DNA from: Methanobacteriota archaeon
Lineage (GTDB): Archaea > JAADCQ01 > Methanopyri > Methanopyrales > Methanopyraceae
NCBI GenBank assembly: GCA_027064425.1
Contig: JAMOPO010000003.1
Coordinates: 100,607 to 164,606, forward strand
Direction of reading: 5' to 3'
DNA: 64,000 bases
The position numbers were made by a program, and so were the translations under genes. Under the pieces are notes generated by a model, which was given only the letters and a program-made list of their open reading frames with translations, did no database searches and had not been told where the DNA came from. This document shows positions 28,443 to 38,036 of this stretch, one piece after another; positions within the stretch are counted from its first letter, which is position 1; every line of letters begins with the position of its first letter.

Positions 28443-29434
28443 GCGGGCTGAACGTACGGGAGGAGCTGCTATCGGACCTGGAGGAGTTCCTGAGGTCAGG
28501 TGGGCACGAGGTCGTCCGGGTAGACCGCGCCTGCTTCGACCTCCTCGTGATCACGAGGGACGGGCGCTCCTTCATCGTCAAGGTGCTCACGAACGTGGAC
28601 GGGCTGCGGAAGGAGGTAGCGGAGGACCTCAAGGTGATCTCCCACTTCCTGGAGGCCGTGCCGGTTATCGTCGCGCTGCGTCGCCGGTCCGGCCCTCTGG
28701 AGCGCGGGGTGGTGTATCACCGGTACGAGATCCCCGTGATGGAGCCCATCACGTTCGCGAAGACCATCGAGGGCGAGCCGCCCAGGGCCGTGGCCGATCG
28801 GGGCGGGAAGTACGTCGAGGTCAGGGAGGAGGAGGTCGAGAGCGTCCGCGTGTCGAGCGTGCGGCGCCGGCAGCTGAAGCTGGAGGGTGGTCGGGTCAGT
28901 CTGGCCCGGGCCGAGGAGGCGGAGATCGAGGGCGTCCCGGTGCGCTTTCGGGTGCCGGAGCGCGTCGACACGGGCAAGGACCGGATGACGCGGTTCGAGC
29001 GCCGGGTGGCCAAGCACCTCGAGCGGATGGGCGCCGAGCGCACGGGCAAGGTTCGCCGGGCTCCCTTCGAGCTCCTGGCTAAGGACGGGGACACGGTCCT
29101 GGTGCAGTCGGAGGACGTGAGCAGCCGGGAGTCGATGGCCCTCCGGGACGTGGTTCAGGTCACGGGCTCGATCGGGTTCGTGGTCACGCGGAAGCGGCGC
29201 AAGCGCGCCTCGTGCCTGCCGACCATCGACCTGGAGACGCTGGAGGATCTGAAGGACATCGAGGACCTGAAGGAGTACCTGGAGGAGCACGACCCGTCGG
29301 AGAAGATCCGCGAGCTGGTCGAGGAGGCCGGGGTCACCTCGCCCAAGGAGATCGCGAGGCGCACGGGGCTCAGCGAGTCCGTGATCCGGGAGCTCCTCAG
29401 GCGCATGACCGCCGAAGGCGACCAAAAGTTTTAA
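28439..29434 (+). CDS. Archaeal HTH transcriptional regulator (COG1395-like)
   Basis: CFDL...[31 protein letters not shown] and APFE. C-terminal HTH. Typical tiaS/thermosome neighbourhood. Confidence 0.82.
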   Translation: MSGLNVREELLSDLEEFLRSGGHEVVRVDRACFDLLVITRDGRSFIVKVLTNVDGLRKEVAEDLKVISHFLEAVPVIVALRRRSGPLERGVVYHRYEIPVMEPITFAKTIEGEPPRAVADRGGKYVEVREEEVESVRVSSVRRRQLKLEGGRVSLARAEEAEIEGVPVRFRVPERVDTGKDRMTRFERRVAKHLERMGAERTGKVRRAPFELLAKDGDTVLVQSEDVSSRESMALRDVVQVTGSIGFVVTRKRRKRASCLPTIDLETLEDLKDIEDLKEYLEEHDPSEKIRELVEEAGVTSPKEIARRTGLSESVIRELLRRMTAEGDQKF

Positions 29435-29440
29435 ATATAA
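29423..29440 (+). promoter_or_regulatory. Strong BRE/TATA promoter of thermosome
   Basis: CAAAAGTTTTAAATATAA, a very AT-rich island about 46 nt before the thermosome ATG. Confidence 0.75.
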
Positions 29441-29486
29441 GTGCTCGGAGGTCAGCCCCGGAGCGGGGGAAGGGGGTCGAGCCGAA

Positions 29487-31133
29487 ATGGCCATGCTAGC
29501 TGGTGACGGGCGGCAGGTCCTGATCCTGCCCGAGGGTTACCAGCGGTTCGTGGGTCGTGACGCGCAGCGGATGAACATCATGGCGGCGCGAGTCGTCGCC
29601 GAGACCGTGCGGACCACGCTCGGTCCGATGGGCATGGACAAAATGCTCGTCGACGAGATGGGCGACGTGGTCGTCACCAACGACGGCGTGACCATCCTCG
29701 AGGAGATGGACATCGAGCACCCAGCCGCCAAGATGGTCGTGGAGGTCGCGAAGACGCAGGAGGACGAGGTCGGTGACGGTACGACCACGGCCGTCGTGCT
29801 GGCCGGTGAGCTGCTGCACAAGGCCGAGGACCTGCTGCAGCAGGACATCCACCCGACCGTGATCGCGCGCGGCTTCCGGATGGCGGTCGAGAAGGCCGAG
29901 GAGATCCTGGAGGAGATCGCCGAGGAGATCGACCCGGACGACGAGGAGACGCTGAAGAAGATCGCGAAGACCGCGATGACCGGTAAGGGCGTCGAGAAGG
30001 CCCGAGACCACCTGGCCGAGCTGGTCGTGAGGGCCGTCAAGCAGGTGGCCGAGGAGGAGGATGACAAGATCGTCATCGACACGGACCACATCAAGCTGGA
30101 GAAGAAGGAGGGTGGCGGCCTAGAGGACACCGAGCTGGTCCAGGGTATGGTCATCGACAAGGAGCGAGTGCACCCGGGCATGCCGCGGCGGGTTGAGAAC
30201 GCCAAGATCGCCCTACTGAACTGCCCGATCGAGGTGAAGGAGACCGAGACGGACGCCGAGATCCGGATCACGGACCCGGAGCAGCTGCAGGCCTTCGTCG
30301 AAGAGGAGGAGAAGATGCTGAAGGAGATGGTGGACAAGATCGCCGAGACCGGCGCGAACGTGGTCTTCTGCCAGAAGGGTATCGACGACCTGGCCCAGCA
30401 CTACCTGGCGAAGAAGGGCATCCTGGCCGTCCGGCGCGTCAAGAAGTCCGACATGCAGAAGCTGGCTAGGGCCACCGGCGGTCGGATCGTGACCAACATC
30501 GACGACCTGAGCGAGGACGACCTAGGTGAGGCCGAGGTCGTCGAGGAGCGGAAGGTCGCGGGCGACAAGATGATCTTCGTCGAGGGCTGCAAGGACCCGA
30601 AGTCGGTCACCATCCTGATCCGCGGCGGTACGGAGCACGTCGTGGACGAGGCCGAGCGAGCCATCGAGGACGCGATCGGAGTCGTGGCCGCCGCGCTCGA
30701 GGACGGCAAGGTCGTGGCCGGCGGTGGCGCGCCAGAGATCGAGGTCGCCCGGCGGCTGAGGGACTACGCGGACAAGGTCGAGGGCCGCGAGCAGCTGGCG
30801 GTCGAGGCGTTCGCGGACGCGCTGGAGATCATCCCGCGGACGCTGGCCGAGAACAGCGGACTGGACCCGATCGACGTGCTGGTGCAGCTGCGAGCCAAGC
30901 ACGAGGAGGGTGACGTGACCGCCGGCGTCGACGTCTACGACGGCGAGATCAAGGACATGCTCGAGGAGGGCGTCGTCGAGCCACTGCGAGTGAAGACGCA
31001 GGCACTGGCGAGCGCCACCGAGGCGGCGGAGATGATCCTGCGGATCGACGACGTCATCGCCGCCCGGGAGCTGAGCAAGGAGGAGGAAGAGGAAGAGGAG
31101 GAGAGCGGCGGTAGCAGCAGCACCGAGTTCTAA
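29487..31133 (+). CDS. ths: Thermosome (group II chaperonin) subunit
   Basis: [25 protein letters not shown] and GGGAPE. Confidence 0.98.
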   Translation: MAMLAGDGRQVLILPEGYQRFVGRDAQRMNIMAARVVAETVRTTLGPMGMDKMLVDEMGDVVVTNDGVTILEEMDIEHPAAKMVVEVAKTQEDEVGDGTTTAVVLAGELLHKAEDLLQQDIHPTVIARGFRMAVEKAEEILEEIAEEIDPDDEETLKKIAKTAMTGKGVEKARDHLAELVVRAVKQVAEEEDDKIVIDTDHIKLEKKEGGGLEDTELVQGMVIDKERVHPGMPRRVENAKIALLNCPIEVKETETDAEIRITDPEQLQAFVEEEEKMLKEMVDKIAETGANVVFCQKGIDDLAQHYLAKKGILAVRRVKKSDMQKLARATGGRIVTNIDDLSEDDLGEAEVVEERKVAGDKMIFVEGCKDPKSVTILIRGGTEHVVDEAERAIEDAIGVVAAALEDGKVVAGGGAPEIEVARRLRDYADKVEGREQLAVEAFADALEIIPRTLAENSGLDPIDVLVQLRAKHEEGDVTAGVDVYDGEIKDMLEEGVVEPLRVKTQALASATEAAEMILRIDDVIAARELSKEEEEEEEESGGSSSTEF

Positions 31134-31173
31134 ACCCTCACCCCCTCACGCCCAAAACATTCTTCCCGCAGAT

Positions 31174-31209
31174 CGTTACGAACCTCGTATCGTTATGGCT
31201 CTCATAACG
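31174..31209. repeat. Two overlapping copies of the 19-bp palindrome (17-bp period)
   Basis: CGTTACG-AACCT-CGTATCG (31174-31192) and CGTTATG-GCTCT-CATAACG (31191-31209). Confidence 0.8.
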
Positions 31210-31226
31210 ATCGGTCGGGCGGGGAG

Positions 31227-31484
31227 CTAGAGCTCTTTCAGCCCCCACCACATCGCGATCGCGAGCACCATCAGCACCAGCGCCACCAGGGCGGCCAGCA
31301 GCGCCATCTTAGGCGAGCTGCCCACCACTATCGGGACCGGCCCGATTAGGATCACGCCGGCCCACTCCCCACGCCCCGACGCACTCTTAACCGCCATCAG
31401 CAGGATCGCCACCGCCGTCAGCAGCACCCCCAGCAGCGTAACCAGCAGCCCCACCCACACGAGATCCTCCAGCTTCACCCTCAT
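31227..31484 (-). CDS. DUF131 (TIGR00304-like) small membrane protein
   Basis: GVILIGPVPIVVGS signature between two TM helices. Confidence 0.85.
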   Translation of the reverse strand: MRVKLEDLVWVGLLVTLLGVLLTAVAILLMAVKSASGRGEWAGVILIGPVPIVVGSSPKMALLAALVALVLMVLAIAMWWGLKEL

Positions 31485-31504
31485 CCCCCCGGGGTGACCG
31501 GCGC

Positions 31505-32329
31505 TTGAGGGTGCTGGAAGCGTACGTCGGGAACCTCGGGCGGCTGCTGATCGTCACGCTCGCGTTCACCGCGGCGTGCGCCGGGTCCCTCGTAACGCTG
31601 GGGGTGAAAATGGGCGTTGACCTTAAGGGAGGGACCATGCTGGTCGTCAAGTCAGACCAGGACCCGGACACGCTCGCGCGGAGGTCGGCCCGGGTTCTCG
31701 GCGTCCCGGACGTGCAGGCGGTCCGGTCGTCCCAGGGCGTGATTCTGCTCCAGGTGCCCAGGTACCTGTCCGCGGACGCGGTCCCCCGCCTGGAGCGGGC
31801 GCTGCACGTCAAGGTCGAGTCGATGCAAACCGTCGGACCTGCGCTGGGCCGGGCCTTCTGGAAGAGCGTGAAGATCGCGGTCCCGCTGGCCATCGTCGCC
31901 GTCGCGGTGATAGTCTTCGGAATCTTCCGCCGACCGCTGCTGAGCGCGACGGTCCTGGCGGCCCTGGGGCTGGACCTGCTCGACGCGCTGGGGCTCATGG
32001 CGCTGACGGGCATCCCGCTGACGCTCGCCAGCTTCGCCGGCCTGCTCATGATCATCGGCTACGCGGTGGACAGCAACATCCTCCTCTCCATGTACACGGT
32101 CAAGCGCCGCCGGGCCCGCACGGTGGACGAGGCCATCCAGGAGTCGTTCAAGACGGGCATGACCATGGTCATGACCACGGCCGCGGCGGCGGGCGCCCTG
32201 TTCCTGCTCTCCACCTCGGAGGCCATGTTCGAGATCGCGGCGGTGGTCGTGTTCGGCCTCATCGCCGACGTGCTCAACACCTGGGTGTTCAACGCCTGGG
32301 TGATCCGAGAGAAGATCGCGGGGAGATGA
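31505..32329 (+). CDS. secF: Protein translocase subunit SecF
   Basis: GVDLKGGT, VGPALG and LMIIGYAVDSNILL. Confidence 0.92.
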   Translation: MRVLEAYVGNLGRLLIVTLAFTAACAGSLVTLGVKMGVDLKGGTMLVVKSDQDPDTLARRSARVLGVPDVQAVRSSQGVILLQVPRYLSADAVPRLERALHVKVESMQTVGPALGRAFWKSVKIAVPLAIVAVAVIVFGIFRRPLLSATVLAALGLDLLDALGLMALTGIPLTLASFAGLLMIIGYAVDSNILLSMYTVKRRRARTVDEAIQESFKTGMTMVMTTAAAAGALFLLSTSEAMFEIAAVVVFGLIADVLNTWVFNAWVIREKIAGR

Positions 32330-32332
32330 GCG

Positions 32333-33541
32333 TTGAGCGTGGCCTGGCTGCGGGAGCACTGGCGGCTTTTGGTCATCTGCCTCGTCTGGATCGTGTCCGC
32401 CGCCTCGCTGACCACGAAGGGGCTGAACCTGGGCCTGGAGCTCAAGGGCGGCACGATGGTCATCGCCCGCACGGACCACCCGCTCAGCAAGAAGGAGATG
32501 GACCAGGCGGTCTCGGTCCTCCAGAGCCGCCTCTCCACCTTCGGCTTCAAGGGGATCAAGGTGCAGCCGGTGGGTCGGGACCACATCATCGTGATGATGC
32601 CTGGGACGCCGCCCAAGGAGGCGGTCGAGCTGATCACCCGACCGGGCCGGTTCGAGGCGAAGTACAGGGGCAAGACCGTGCTCACGGGCCAGGACATCGA
32701 GGCGGTCGAGTCCTACCGGATCCAGCGGGTCGAGGGCGGGTACCGGTGGGAGGTGCCCTTCCGGCTGACCCCGCAGGGGGCGCGCCGGTTCGCCGAGGTG
32801 GCTAAGAGGGCCCCCGGTCAGCCGATCGACATGTACCTGGACAACAGGAAGGTCTCCAGCCCGCGGATCTCCCAGGAGCTGGCCATGGCGGCGGCTTCCG
32901 GCCACATGGAACGTGAAATCGAGATCCAGGGCGGCGCGCCCACGCGGGAGCAGGCCGAGCGGGAGGCCAAGGAGATCATGGCGATGCTCAGGTCGGGCCA
33001 GCTGCCGGCGAAGCTCATTCCTGAGGGCGTGTACTCCGTCTCCGCAACGCTCGGTCAGAACTTCCTGAAAATGGCCCTGATCGCCGGCTCGATCGCCTTC
33101 GTCGCGGTGGCCCTGATCATCGCGCTGAGGTACCGGGAGCTGCGCGTGGTGGGGCCGATCCTGTTCACGGGCTCCTCGGAGGTCGCCTTCCTGCTCGGAA
33201 CGGCGTCGCTCACCGGCTACACCATCGACCTGCCGGCGCTCGCGGGAATCATCCTGTCGATCGGTAGCGGCGTCGACGACCTGATCGTGATCACCGACGA
33301 GATCATCCGCGGCGAGCGTAGGGGTGAGGAGGCCCCGCTGAGGCAGCGGATCAAGCGCGCGTTCAGCGTCGTCGTCGCCGCGTTCGCGACGCTGGCGGCG
33401 GCTATGGCCGCGCTGTTCTTCGCGGGAATGGGCCTCCTGAAGGGGTTCGCGATCATGACCGTGCTGGGAGCGCTGTACGGCGTAGCCATCACCCGGCCCG
33501 TCTACGCGGACCTCCTGCGAAGGCTGCTGCAGGAGGAGTGA
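32333..33541 (+). CDS. secD: Protein translocase subunit SecD
   Basis: GLELKGGT, LRSGQLP, IGSGVDDLIVITDE, LKGFA and ITRP.Y. Confidence 0.93.
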   Translation: MSVAWLREHWRLLVICLVWIVSAASLTTKGLNLGLELKGGTMVIARTDHPLSKKEMDQAVSVLQSRLSTFGFKGIKVQPVGRDHIIVMMPGTPPKEAVELITRPGRFEAKYRGKTVLTGQDIEAVESYRIQRVEGGYRWEVPFRLTPQGARRFAEVAKRAPGQPIDMYLDNRKVSSPRISQELAMAAASGHMEREIEIQGGAPTREQAEREAKEIMAMLRSGQLPAKLIPEGVYSVSATLGQNFLKMALIAGSIAFVAVALIIALRYRELRVVGPILFTGSSEVAFLLGTASLTGYTIDLPALAGIILSIGSGVDDLIVITDEIIRGERRGEEAPLRQRIKRAFSVVVAAFATLAAAMAALFFAGMGLLKGFAIMTVLGALYGVAITRPVYADLLRRLLQEE

Positions 33542-33553
33542 CGGGGGGAGCCC

Positions 33554-35095
33554 GTGACGAACCCGATCATGGACTTAAAAGTGGTAGGCAGGACCCTGGG
33601 CGCGGTGGTCAAAGCCTCCTCCGCGCTGCCCCTCCTTCCCATCCCGGTCGCGCTGGTGTATCACGAGTTCTCTTGCGTCCCCTCCTTCCTCGTTACCTTC
33701 GCCCTGATGCTCGTTCTCGGGCTCCTCCTCGAACGCATCCCGGGCGACGAGCGTCAGGTTCGTCCCCGGCACGCCATGGTGTCGGTGCCCCTCCTCTGGC
33801 TGCTGATTCCGCTGCTCACGGCGATCCCCTACCGCACGTGCGAGCGGATGTCTTGGCTCGACGCCTACTTCGAGAGCATGTCCGGTTGGACCACGACCGG
33901 GCTCACGGTCCTCCCGGACATCGACCACGCCCACCGGTCGATCCTCTTCTGGCGGAGCCTAGAGCAGTGGGTGGGAGGGCTGGGCCTCGTCGTGACGGTG
34001 ATCAGCATCCTCCGGTTCGAGACCCCGAGCCTGCTGTACGTGGCGGAGGCCCGGGAGGAGCGAATTCGGCCGAACGTCGTCAACACCGCCAAGGAGATGT
34101 GGAAGATTTACGCGGTCATCACGGCGGCCGGCACCCTGCTCCTCTGGGCCCTGGGCATGAGCCCGTTCGACGCGCTCAATCACGCGATGACGGCCGTCGC
34201 CACGGGCGGGTTCTCGACCCGAGCGGACAGCATCGCCGCCTACCGCTCGCCCGCGATCGAGCTCGTCACGGCCCTCCTCATGGTCCTCGGCGCGACGAGC
34301 TTCGTAACCCACTACCGCGCGGCCAAGACCCTGCGCGTGCACCCCGGAGGGCGACTCCGGCGGCTTCTCCGTGCCCTGAAGCACTACGCCCAGGACCTGC
34401 AGTTCCTCGTGATGCTGGCGCTGATCCTGGCCACCACCGCGTACATGGCCCTGCACGCAAAGACGCCGCTCCCGGAGGCGCTCCGCTGCTACGGGTATCA
34501 GGCCGTGTCAGCCATCACCTGCTGCGGGTTCTCGAACGCGAACGTGCCCAGCTTCCCCGACTACGCCAAGCTAGCCCTCACCGTGCTCATGATCATCGGC
34601 GGCTCCACGGCCTCAACCGCAGGCGCCATCAAGGTCCTGAGGTTCCTCATCATGGCGGAGGCCATCCGGGTCGCGATCGCGCGGCGGACGCGTCCCGTCC
34701 GCGGGGTGATCGTGCCCAAGATCCGGGACCGGGCCCTTTCGGAGGAGGAGATCGTCGACGCGTTCACGATCGCCGCATCTTACCTGTTCTTCGTCGTCGT
34801 GGGCACGTTCATCCTCGTCAAGTGGTACGGCTACGACCCCGTTGACGCGCTGTTCGAGGTCGCGTCCGCGCAGGGTGGTGTCGGGCTCTCCTCCGGGATC
34901 ACCGGCCCCGACGCCCCGGCTGGCGTGAAGGCCCTCCTGATCTTTCACATGTGGATCGGCCGGCTCGAGGTCCTGCCGTGCCTGGCGGCGATGTACTGGG
35001 CTCTCACCATGCTCAAGGGCCTCGTCACTCCGGGGGCGAGGGTACTTGCACGTGATCATCGTGGGAGGAGGGCGGGTGGGCCGGATTCTGGCTGA
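33554..35095 (+). CDS. trkH: Trk potassium uptake membrane protein
   Basis: FESMSGWTTTGLT, QWVGGLG, ATGGFS, GGSTASTAGAIK and MWIGRLE pore repeats. Confidence 0.95.
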   Translation: MTNPIMDLKVVGRTLGAVVKASSALPLLPIPVALVYHEFSCVPSFLVTFALMLVLGLLLERIPGDERQVRPRHAMVSVPLLWLLIPLLTAIPYRTCERMSWLDAYFESMSGWTTTGLTVLPDIDHAHRSILFWRSLEQWVGGLGLVVTVISILRFETPSLLYVAEAREERIRPNVVNTAKEMWKIYAVITAAGTLLLWALGMSPFDALNHAMTAVATGGFSTRADSIAAYRSPAIELVTALLMVLGATSFVTHYRAAKTLRVHPGGRLRRLLRALKHYAQDLQFLVMLALILATTAYMALHAKTPLPEALRCYGYQAVSAITCCGFSNANVPSFPDYAKLALTVLMIIGGSTASTAGAIKVLRFLIMAEAIRVAIARRTRPVRGVIVPKIRDRALSEEEIVDAFTIAASYLFFVVVGTFILVKWYGYDPVDALFEVASAQGGVGLSSGITGPDAPAGVKALLIFHMWIGRLEVLPCLAAMYWALTMLKGLVTPGARVLARDHRGRRAGGPDSG

Positions 35096-35705
35096 GCTGC
35101 TGATCGCTCACGGTCACGACGTGGTCATAATAGAAAAGGACAAAAAGCGGGCCCAGGAGCTCGCCCAGTCCGAGCTGGACGTGCTGGTCGTTCAGGGTGA
35201 CGCCACCGACCTCGACGTGCTCCAGGACGCGGAGATCGAGTCGGCCGACGTCGTCGCCGCGGTCACCGACAGGGACGAGGTGAACCTGGCCGTCTCACTG
35301 ATCGCGAAGGAAGAGTTCAACGTCGACCGGGTCGTCTCCAGGGTCACGGACGACCGGTTCGTCGACATCTTCCGCCGGCTAGGAGTCGACGCCGTGGTGA
35401 ACCCGGACCGGAGCGCGGCGCAGCTGATCGAGAAGGCGATCACCCGACCGTACCTCGTCGACATGATCACGTTCGGCCGCGGCGAGGCCGAGCTGCTGGA
35501 GTTCGAGGTCTCGGAGGGTTCCAAGATCTCCGGGAAGAAGATCTCGGAGCTTCCCGACGACTGCGTCGTCGTCGCGCTCTACCGGGAGGGCGAGCTCGTC
35601 CTGCCGCGCGGCGACACGGAAATAAACCCCGGCGATAGGGTGCTCGTGCTCGCGCTTCGTGACAAGCTCAAGAAGGTGGAGAAGCTGTTTAGGAGCCGCG
35701 AGTAG
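35046..35705 (+). CDS. trkA: Trk potassium uptake NAD-binding protein
   Basis: IIVGGGRVG, GDAT and RCK_C domain. Confidence 0.93.
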   Translation: MHVIIVGGGRVGRILAELLIAHGHDVVIIEKDKKRAQELAQSELDVLVVQGDATDLDVLQDAEIESADVVAAVTDRDEVNLAVSLIAKEEFNVDRVVSRVTDDRFVDIFRRLGVDAVVNPDRSAAQLIEKAITRPYLVDMITFGRGEAELLEFEVSEGSKISGKKISELPDDCVVVALYREGELVLPRGDTEINPGDRVLVLALRDKLKKVEKLFRSRE

Positions 35706-35722
35706 GGCGGGCGGGAGGAGGC

Positions 35723-36046
35723 ATGACCTCGGTGGCGGAGGCCCTCGACCGGATTCGGTCCGCGGAGTCCGAGGCGAAGGAGAAGGTCGAGAGCGCCCGG
35801 GAGAAGGCGGAGGAGATCGTCGAGGAGGCCGAGAAAAAGGCTGAGAAGCTGATTGAGGAGGCCAAGAGCGAGGCGGAGGAGGAGGCCGAAAAGATCCGCC
35901 ACCAGGCCGAGAAGGAGGCGAAGGAGGAGGCTCGGAGGATCAAGGAGGAAGGCGAGAAGGAGGTCGAGGAGCTGAAGGAGAGGGCTGAGAAGCGGATGGA
36001 CGAGGCGGTCGAGATCGTGGTTAAACTGGTTCTGGGGGAGGAGTAG
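35723..36046 (+). CDS. atpH: A/V-type ATP synthase subunit H (G)
   Basis: E/K/A-rich coiled coil, first gene of the ATPase cluster. Confidence 0.88.
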   Translation: MTSVAEALDRIRSAESEAKEKVESAREKAEEIVEEAEKKAEKLIEEAKSEAEEEAEKIRHQAEKEAKEEARRIKEEGEKEVEELKERAEKRMDEAVEIVVKLVLGEE

Positions 36047-36047
36047 C

Positions 36048-38024
36048 GTGGCGATCCGCGAGATGGAGGAGGTGTTCATTTTCTGCCTGAAGGAAGACGT
36101 CGTCGACGTGCTCAAGCGCGTTCAGGTCGAGGGCTGCCTGCACATCGAGGACTTCTGGGAGGTGCACGGTGTAGAGCGGTTCTACGGCGTCGAGCAGCCC
36201 GAAGCCCCGGAGGAGCTGATCGAGGTCACCGACGTGCTGACCTCACTGGCGCGGCTCCGCGACTCCCTGAAGGAGATCTACGAGGAGGTCAAGGAAGAGG
36301 GGATGCTGGAAGCCCTCACCTCCGTTTTCCGGGCCGAGGAGCCCGAGAAGGTGGAGTTCGAGCTCCAGCCCACGTCCGAGGTGCTCGACTCCGCGAAGGA
36401 GTTCCTGGAGCGGCTTGAGGAGGAGGTGGGGGAGAAGCTCGACCGAATCGACGAGCTCGAGTCGGAGCTGGAGCGGCTGGAGGAGGCCCGAAACTTCCTG
36501 GACCACGTCACCGAGAGCTTCGACGTGGGGCACTTGGGCGAGGGCCCGTACGCCGTCGCCAAGCTGTACGTCGTCAGGTCCGACGTCTGGGACGAGCTCG
36601 TGGAGAAGCTCAAGGGTGAGCCGGCCTACGTTGGAGAGGTGGGGCGGACCGAGGACGAGGACGTGGTGGCCGTCATCGCCTTCCCAAAGGATGAGTCGGA
36701 GCTGGAGGCCGAGATCCGGAGGCTGGGCGCGACGGAGCAGGAGGTGGTTAACGAGGTCCTGGAGGAGCTGTCCGGCGACGTGGAGTCCGCTCGGGAGGAG
36801 CTGGAGCGGCGGATCCGGGAGACGCGGAAGGAGCTGCGGGAGCTGCGGCGCGAGCTCGCGGAGTACTACGAGGAGCACGAGGCCGAGATCAACGCCTGGA
36901 TCGAGCTCCTGGAGAACGAGCGAGAGCTGCTGGACGAGATCCCGAAACTGGCGATGACGGACCGGACGTACCTGATCTACGGCTGGGTGCCGAAGGAGAG
37001 GGTCGACCGGCTTGAGCGCGCCGTCGAGGAGGTCACCGACGGACGCTGCGCCGTCATTCGGGAGCAGGTGGCGGACCCGGAGGAGATGCCCGTCGAGCTG
37101 AAGAACCCGAGACCGCTCAAGCCCTTCGAGACGCTCGTCGAGATGTTCGCGCTCCCGAAGCCAACCGAGGTTGATCCGACCCCGGTCTTGGCGGTGTTCT
37201 TCCCGATCTACTTCGGGTTCATCCTTACCGACGCCGCCTACGGTGCCATCCTAACGGCGCTCGCGGCCGCGATCCGCGCCACGAGCGGTCGGGTGGACGA
37301 GAGCCTCAGGACGTTCTCCGAGCTGATGATCTACGCCGGCGTCGCGACGATCATCCTGGGCGTGCTGACGGGCGGGTACTTCGGCAACCTGTTCGGGATC
37401 AAGCCCCTCTGGGTCGACCCGATGAAGGACCCGATCACGATCCTGCTCGTCGCCCTCGGGTTCGGCGTGCTGCACGTGGCCCTGGGCCTGATCCTCGGAA
37501 TGTACATCTCACTGCGGAAGGAGCGGGACGTCAAGGCCTTCCTGGGTGACCACCTGTCCTGGTTCCTGGTGCTCGTCGGCGGCCTGCTGCTGGTCGTCGG
37601 AGCGGCGAAGTGCGGGCTCAGCAGCCCGGTGACCTACGCGGGCGGCGCCCTGATGATCCTCGGTGCGATCCTGGTCCTGGCCTTCCATGGCCCACTGGGC
37701 GCGCTAGACATGATCGGGCTCATGGGTGACGTACTGTCGTACTCGCGACTGCTGGCCGGCTGCCTGTCCACGGCCGGCATCGCCCTCGTGGTGAACCTGC
37801 TAGCCAAGATGGCGAAGGGACTCGCCGGCGCCCTGGGGCTGGTCGCCGCCGCCATTATCCTGGTCATCGGGCACATCTTCAACATGGCGATGAACGGGCT
37901 GGGTGGCTTCGTGCACAGCCTGCGACTCCACTACGTGGAGTTCTTCAGCAAGTTCTACGAGGGAGGTGGGAAGCCGTTCGAGCCCCTGAGGGTTAAGGGC
38001 GAGCACCTGAAGATCCGGGCGTAA
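36048..38024 (+). CDS. atpI: A/V-type ATP synthase subunit I (a)
   Basis: GWVP, EVDPT, DVLSYSRL and HSLRLHYVEFFSKFY. Confidence 0.97.
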   Translation: MAIREMEEVFIFCLKEDVVDVLKRVQVEGCLHIEDFWEVHGVERFYGVEQPEAPEELIEVTDVLTSLARLRDSLKEIYEEVKEEGMLEALTSVFRAEEPEKVEFELQPTSEVLDSAKEFLERLEEEVGEKLDRIDELESELERLEEARNFLDHVTESFDVGHLGEGPYAVAKLYVVRSDVWDELVEKLKGEPAYVGEVGRTEDEDVVAVIAFPKDESELEAEIRRLGATEQEVVNEVLEELSGDVESAREELERRIRETRKELRELRRELAEYYEEHEAEINAWIELLENERELLDEIPKLAMTDRTYLIYGWVPKERVDRLERAVEEVTDGRCAVIREQVADPEEMPVELKNPRPLKPFETLVEMFALPKPTEVDPTPVLAVFFPIYFGFILTDAAYGAILTALAAAIRATSGRVDESLRTFSELMIYAGVATIILGVLTGGYFGNLFGIKPLWVDPMKDPITILLVALGFGVLHVALGLILGMYISLRKERDVKAFLGDHLSWFLVLVGGLLLVVGAAKCGLSSPVTYAGGALMILGAILVLAFHGPLGALDMIGLMGDVLSYSRLLAGCLSTAGIALVVNLLAKMAKGLAGALGLVAAAIILVIGHIFNMAMNGLGGFVHSLRLHYVEFFSKFYEGGGKPFEPLRVKGEHLKIRA

Positions 38025-38036
38025 GGGGGGAGGGGC

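Noticed and set aside
31591-31597. CGTAACG half-site inside secF
   Set aside because: No matching CGTTACG arm at 5-nt spacing, so probably chance.
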